NCBI GenBank assembly: GCA_041660505.1 | Contig: JBAZWG010000001.1 | Coordinates: 375,183-439,182 of the forward strand | Direction of reading: 5' to 3' | DNA from: Minisyncoccota bacterium | Lineage (GTDB): Bacteria > Patescibacteriota > Minisyncoccia > Phycocordibacterales > JACRKE01 | Length of the DNA: 64,000 bases | Shown: positions 60,338-64,000 of the stretch, piece after piece | Numbering within the stretch: the stretch's first letter is position 1 | Layout of the letters: each line of letters starts with the position of its first letter | Program-made: the position numbers and the translations under genes | Notes under the pieces: generated by a model | Seen by the model: only the letters and a program-made list of their open reading frames with translations | Databases searched by the model: none | Told to the model about the DNA's origin: nothing

Positions 60338-62449
60338 ATGCAGAATAATCATCAAGAGTTGAATCCGGCACAAGCCGAGGTGGCCTCATATCTACGAGGG
60401 CCGCTTTTGATTGTGGCCGGCGCTGGCGCAGGCAAGACCAAAACCATTGCGCATCGCATTCTGAACCTTATACAGTCCGGCATACCAGCACACCAAATAC
60501 TGGCAATAACTTTTACCAACAAAGCGGCGAAAGAAATGCGGGACCGCGTCCTGCATCTTATTCAATCCGAATCAGCCAAACTTTCAACTCCCTTCGTTTC
60601 CACCTTCCACTCCCTCGGCGTTTATATAATAAAAGAACAAGCATACCGTCTTGGCCTCACGCGCTACTTCACCATTTATGATCAAGACGATTCTCTATCC
60701 GCTATCAAGCGCGCGCTAAAAAGCGAGGGGCTTGACCCGAAACAGTATGAACCAAAGCGCCTGCAGAACGCCATCTCGCGAGAGAAAAACAATCTGGTTA
60801 CGCATGACTTATATTCAGAACAACATTTGGGTGAATATTGGGGCGATATCGTAGCCAAAGTCTGGAAAGCGTATGAAAAGATTTTAGAAAAAGATAAAGC
60901 CCTCGACTTCGATGACTTGATTGTGAAAACAGTCTGGCTCTTTGAGAAATTTCCTGAAGTGCAAAAATATTATGCCAACAAATGGCACTATATACATATA
61001 GACGAGTATCAGGATACGAACGTGGCGCAGTATGCGCTATCGCACTTGCTCGCAAAATCACATAGGAATATCTGCGTGGTCGGAGACACCGATCAAGCCA
61101 TCTACGGTTGGCGCGGAGCAGATTATCAGAATATTCTCAAATTCGAGAGTGAGTATCCTGACGCGAAGGTAGTCTTGCTCGAGCAGAACTATCGCTCGAC
61201 ACAGACGATACTAGAAGCGGCGAACAGCATAATAAGCAAGAATACTTTACGCAAAGAGAAGAATTTATTTACGGCGAACGCCAAGGGCGAGCAAGTTACA
61301 ATCTACCAAGCGGGGGATGGCCCTCGCGAGGCTCATTGGGTAGCCAAGAAATGCGAGGAATTAATTAGAGGCCGAGGTGAGTCCTCCGGTAAAAGCGGAG
61401 GTCTCTCCTCGGCCACAACGGGCATAAACCCCAATAATATAGCCATATTGTACCGAATGAACTTCTTGTCGCGCTTGTTTGAAGAAGCTTTCCTGACGCG
61501 CGGAGTGCCATATCATTTGCTCGGCACAGCCTTCTACTCGCGCAAAGAGGTTAAAGATACCCTAGCCTATATCCGCCTTGCGCTTAATTCTGAAGACACG
61601 GCAAGTTTATTGCGTATTATAAATGTGCCGGCACGCGGGATAGGCGATGTAACAGCAGAAAAAATCGTAGTGGGCAAAGAAGATGAGCTCCCGGCAAGCA
61701 TGCGCGACAAACTTTCTAGCTTCCGCAGTATTCTTGCAGATATTAAAGCAAAGTGCTTGAGCGAGACACCGTCTAACGCCGTGCGCTATGCGATAAAGAG
61801 AAGCGGGATAGAAGCGATGTATGCTGATGGTAAAGAGGAAAGCGAAGAGAGACTGGAAAACGTACGCGAGCTCGCAACCCTTGCTACGAGATATGACAAC
61901 CTCACCCCCGGCCCCTCTCCGAAGGAGAGGGGAGAACTAAATGACGCCCCCTCCCTTTCGGGGAGGGGGATGGGGGGCGAGGTGACCGCGGGCATCGAAA
62001 AGTTTCTAGAAGACACAGCGTTGCTCTCCGATCAAGATTCTTTGATGAATAAAAAAGAAGGCGTGCGGATGATGACCGTGCACGCGGCGAAAGGTTTGGA
62101 ATTCGATTATGTATTTATCGTTGGACTCGAAGGCGACATCTTCCCGCACAGGAGGATGAACGATGACGCGAGCATCGAACAGGAAGAAGAAGAGCGAAGA
62201 TTATTTTATGTCGCGCTCACGCGCGCGAGGAAGAAAGTTTTCTTAACGCACTGTCTCATTCGCACCATCTTCGGCTCGCAGAAAATTCAGTCACCATCGG
62301 AATTTATTGGCGATATTCCGGAAGATTTAGCAATTACCGAAGGGGCAGAAAACGGCTATGCAGAGCCATTTTCCCTGCCTCGCCGACAGGCAGGTAGCAA
62401 TAGCGACGGCGAAGTGGTGATAGAATGGGATATATTTAAACGAAGATAA
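60338..62449 (+). CDS. pcrA: ATP-dependent DNA helicase PcrA/UvrD
   Basis: AGAGAGKT, TFTNKAA, DEYQDTN, QNYRS, TVHAAKGLEF, EERRLFYVALTRA. Confidence 0.96.
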   Translation: MQNNHQELNPAQAEVASYLRGPLLIVAGAGAGKTKTIAHRILNLIQSGIPAHQILAITFTNKAAKEMRDRVLHLIQSESAKLSTPFVSTFHSLGVYIIKEQAYRLGLTRYFTIYDQDDSLSAIKRALKSEGLDPKQYEPKRLQNAISREKNNLVTHDLYSEQHLGEYWGDIVAKVWKAYEKILEKDKALDFDDLIVKTVWLFEKFPEVQKYYANKWHYIHIDEYQDTNVAQYALSHLLAKSHRNICVVGDTDQAIYGWRGADYQNILKFESEYPDAKVVLLEQNYRSTQTILEAANSIISKNTLRKEKNLFTANAKGEQVTIYQAGDGPREAHWVAKKCEELIRGRGESSGKSGGLSSATTGINPNNIAILYRMNFLSRLFEEAFLTRGVPYHLLGTAFYSRKEVKDTLAYIRLALNSEDTASLLRIINVPARGIGDVTAEKIVVGKEDELPASMRDKLSSFRSILADIKAKCLSETPSNAVRYAIKRSGIEAMYADGKEESEERLENVRELATLATRYDNLTPGPSPKERGELNDAPSLSGRGMGGEVTAGIEKFLEDTALLSDQDSLMNKKEGVRMMTVHAAKGLEFDYVFIVGLEGDIFPHRRMNDDASIEQEEEERRLFYVALTRARKKVFLTHCLIRTIFGSQKIQSPSEFIGDIPEDLAITEGAENGYAEPFSLPRRQAGSNSDGEVVIEWDIFKRR

Positions 62450-62450
62450 A

Positions 62451-63511
62451 TTATCTTTTAAAGTTCTCCCAAAACATCACTAGCAATTTTTCGCGTAATT
62501 CGTACGCGTCAGCATGAGAGAGAACACCGAGATACGAGTTAAGCGACCCAAACAGTGCTTTCTCTGATAATATCCCGTCCTTGTATTCGGCAATTCTTTC
62601 TTCTAGCTTCCGGAATATCCGTCGCCTCGTTTTCGTTCGTAAGGTAATATGGTGTGGTCGTACGACGTAGCCTAGAAAGTCGACGCCTTGATGAAATGTA
62701 CGAAACTTTATCTTTTGTGGGTGCATTTGCAACTTCAACTTTTTGTTCAGAAAAACTTGCATTTTGTCTAGCAAATCCGCAAGATACGACTTGTCTGTTG
62801 AAACAATAATAAAATCATCGGTATAGCGCATATAATTCCTTACTTTAAGCTCATGTTTCATGAATTGATCGAACTCGTTCATATAGATATTAGCGAAAAG
62901 CTGGCTGGTGAGATTACCGATCGGCGCGCCTTTTCTACTCTCTCTCTCTCTCTCTCTCGATTACTGCTGACAGTATAACTTTCGATAAGATCTTCGAGGA
63001 GCCAGACGGCTTTTTCATCTTTAATCTTTTTCTGCAAAAGTCCGACCAGTATATCGTGGTCGATCGAGTCGAAGAACTTCTTAATATCGCACTTGAGCAC
63101 CCAGCACTGATGCGCGTTGTTTCTGCTCTCCCGCCGTAGTATCGTAGTGAGTTTCCCCACGGCTTTATGTGTTCCTTTACCAACCCTGCAGGAATATGAA
63201 GCGGGAATGAATGTCGGCTCGAAGATACTATTAAGAACTTGATATACAGCATGATGAAGGACGCGATCTCGAACGGTCGCCTTGTTAATATTACGAAGCT
63301 TGGGGTCGCGTATCCAAAAACTTTCGTATCTATCGTGCCGATATGTCTGATCACGAAGTTCACGATGTAAGGCAAAAATGTTCTGCTCCAGATTCTGCTC
63401 ATATTCAGACACGCCTTTCTTGTGTTTCTTGTCTGCCTTAAACTTGTCCCATGCAATAAACAAATTCTCGGGACTAATTATTAACTCAAAAATGTTTCTG
63501 CAAACTTTCAT
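62451..63511 (-). pseudogene. DGR-type reverse transcriptase split by a frameshift at a (GA)n tract
   Basis: N-half: DPKLR.I...VRDRVLHHA, SYSCRVGKGTH, KCDIKKFFDSIDH. C-half in another frame: KGAPIGNLTSQLFANIYMNEFD, YMRYTDD, GVDFLGY. Confidence 0.9.
62938..62958 (-). repeat. (GA)10G simple sequence repeat inside the RT gene
   Basis: 21-nt CT run on the + strand. Confidence 0.95.
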
Positions 63512-63517
63512 AAAATC

Positions 63518-63868
63518 ATGCAAGACTTAGAATTACCGATCTTCAAAAAAACGTACGATTTGTACAAGACGTTTTGTGAATTTCGCTCGCTTGTATCCAA
63601 GCAGTACAAACATACGATCTGCGAGAAAGTGGAGAATTACATTCTCGAAATCCTTGAACTAATTCTGCAAACAAACAACGTAAACAGGATTGAAAAGCTG
63701 GCACTCCTCGAGACCATGAGCCTCAAACTTAACATGCTTCGCATATTTATCAGACTAATGAAAGATACCCGTGCGATAGATATGAAAAAATATGTAGTAC
63801 TGCAAGCTGACATAGACGAGATCGGCCGTATGCTTGGCGGGTGGATCAAGTCGACGCGGGAAAAGTAG
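63518..63868 (+). CDS. avd: DGR accessory protein Avd (four-helix bundle)
   Basis: LPIFKKTYDLYK...PK-like SKQYKHT..EIGRMLGGWIKS, next to the DGR RT. Confidence 0.88.
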   Translation: MQDLELPIFKKTYDLYKTFCEFRSLVSKQYKHTICEKVENYILEILELILQTNNVNRIEKLALLETMSLKLNMLRIFIRLMKDTRAIDMKKYVVLQADIDEIGRMLGGWIKSTREK

Positions 63869-63895
63869 GAACTCCCGCGCAATGCGGGAGTTCCT
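63867..63895. terminator. 12-bp hairpin between avd and the TR/VR repeat
   Basis: aggaactcccgc-gcaat-gcgggagttcct. Confidence 0.65.
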
Positions 63896-63904
63896 TGGAC
63901 AGAG

Positions 63905-64000
63905 CTATGACTTCCGGGACGACGAGACTGCGATGTTGTTGTTGCGGTACTCGTCGGTGTCGTTGTTGACGTTCAGACCGTTCTCGTCGAAGTTGCCGAC
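63905..64000 (-). repeat. DGR template repeat (or variable repeat), truncated by the window edge
   Basis: Minus strand reads VGNFDENGLNVNNDTDEYRNNNIAVSSSRKS*, with 8 AAC codons of 31. Confidence 0.8.

Larger units (their letters stand above)
62451..64000. mobile_element. Diversity-generating retroelement (partial)
   Basis: RT, Avd and AAC-rich repeat co-located. Confidence 0.88.

Noticed and set aside
62935-63456. 173-aa alternative-frame ORF inside the RT
   Set aside because: Overlaps the RT N-half in a third frame and has no recognisable motifs.

Overview
64 kb of a small-genome bacterial chromosome that looks like Patescibacteria/CPR (Parcubacteria-like). This is an inference from the compact, mostly leaderless housekeeping genes and CPR-typical families such as TrmB-type regulators paired with Cys-rich proteins, a DUF5652-like protein and a VirD4/HerA-like ATPase. 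Core genes are clpP (3' end), rny, hup, alr, murA, rmuC, uvrC/A/B, a CCA-adding enzyme, xerC/D, rpsO, pnp, comM/yifB and pcrA. There are 8 tRNAs and 3 type II toxin-antitoxin pairs. Most notable observations: (1) a ~4.4 kb, largely non-coding, hairpin-dense unit (28.1-32.55 kb) divergent from a TrmB-type regulator, carrying mostly GC-rich orphan ORFs with strong Shine-Dalgarno sites and recurring short motifs; (2) a diversity-generating retroelement at the right edge whose reverse transcriptase is frameshifted exactly at a (GA)10G tract, with avd head-to-head on the opposite strand; (3) about six families of short palindromic repeats inserted in frame into conserved proteins; (4) one open frame running LAGLIDADG endonuclease, intact tRNA-Leu, CCA-adding enzyme, with six parS-like palindromes in the cca gene about 1.1 kb from a DnaA-box cluster; (5) three tRNAs with C instead of U at position 55. 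All calls were made by eye; no searches or folding programs were run.
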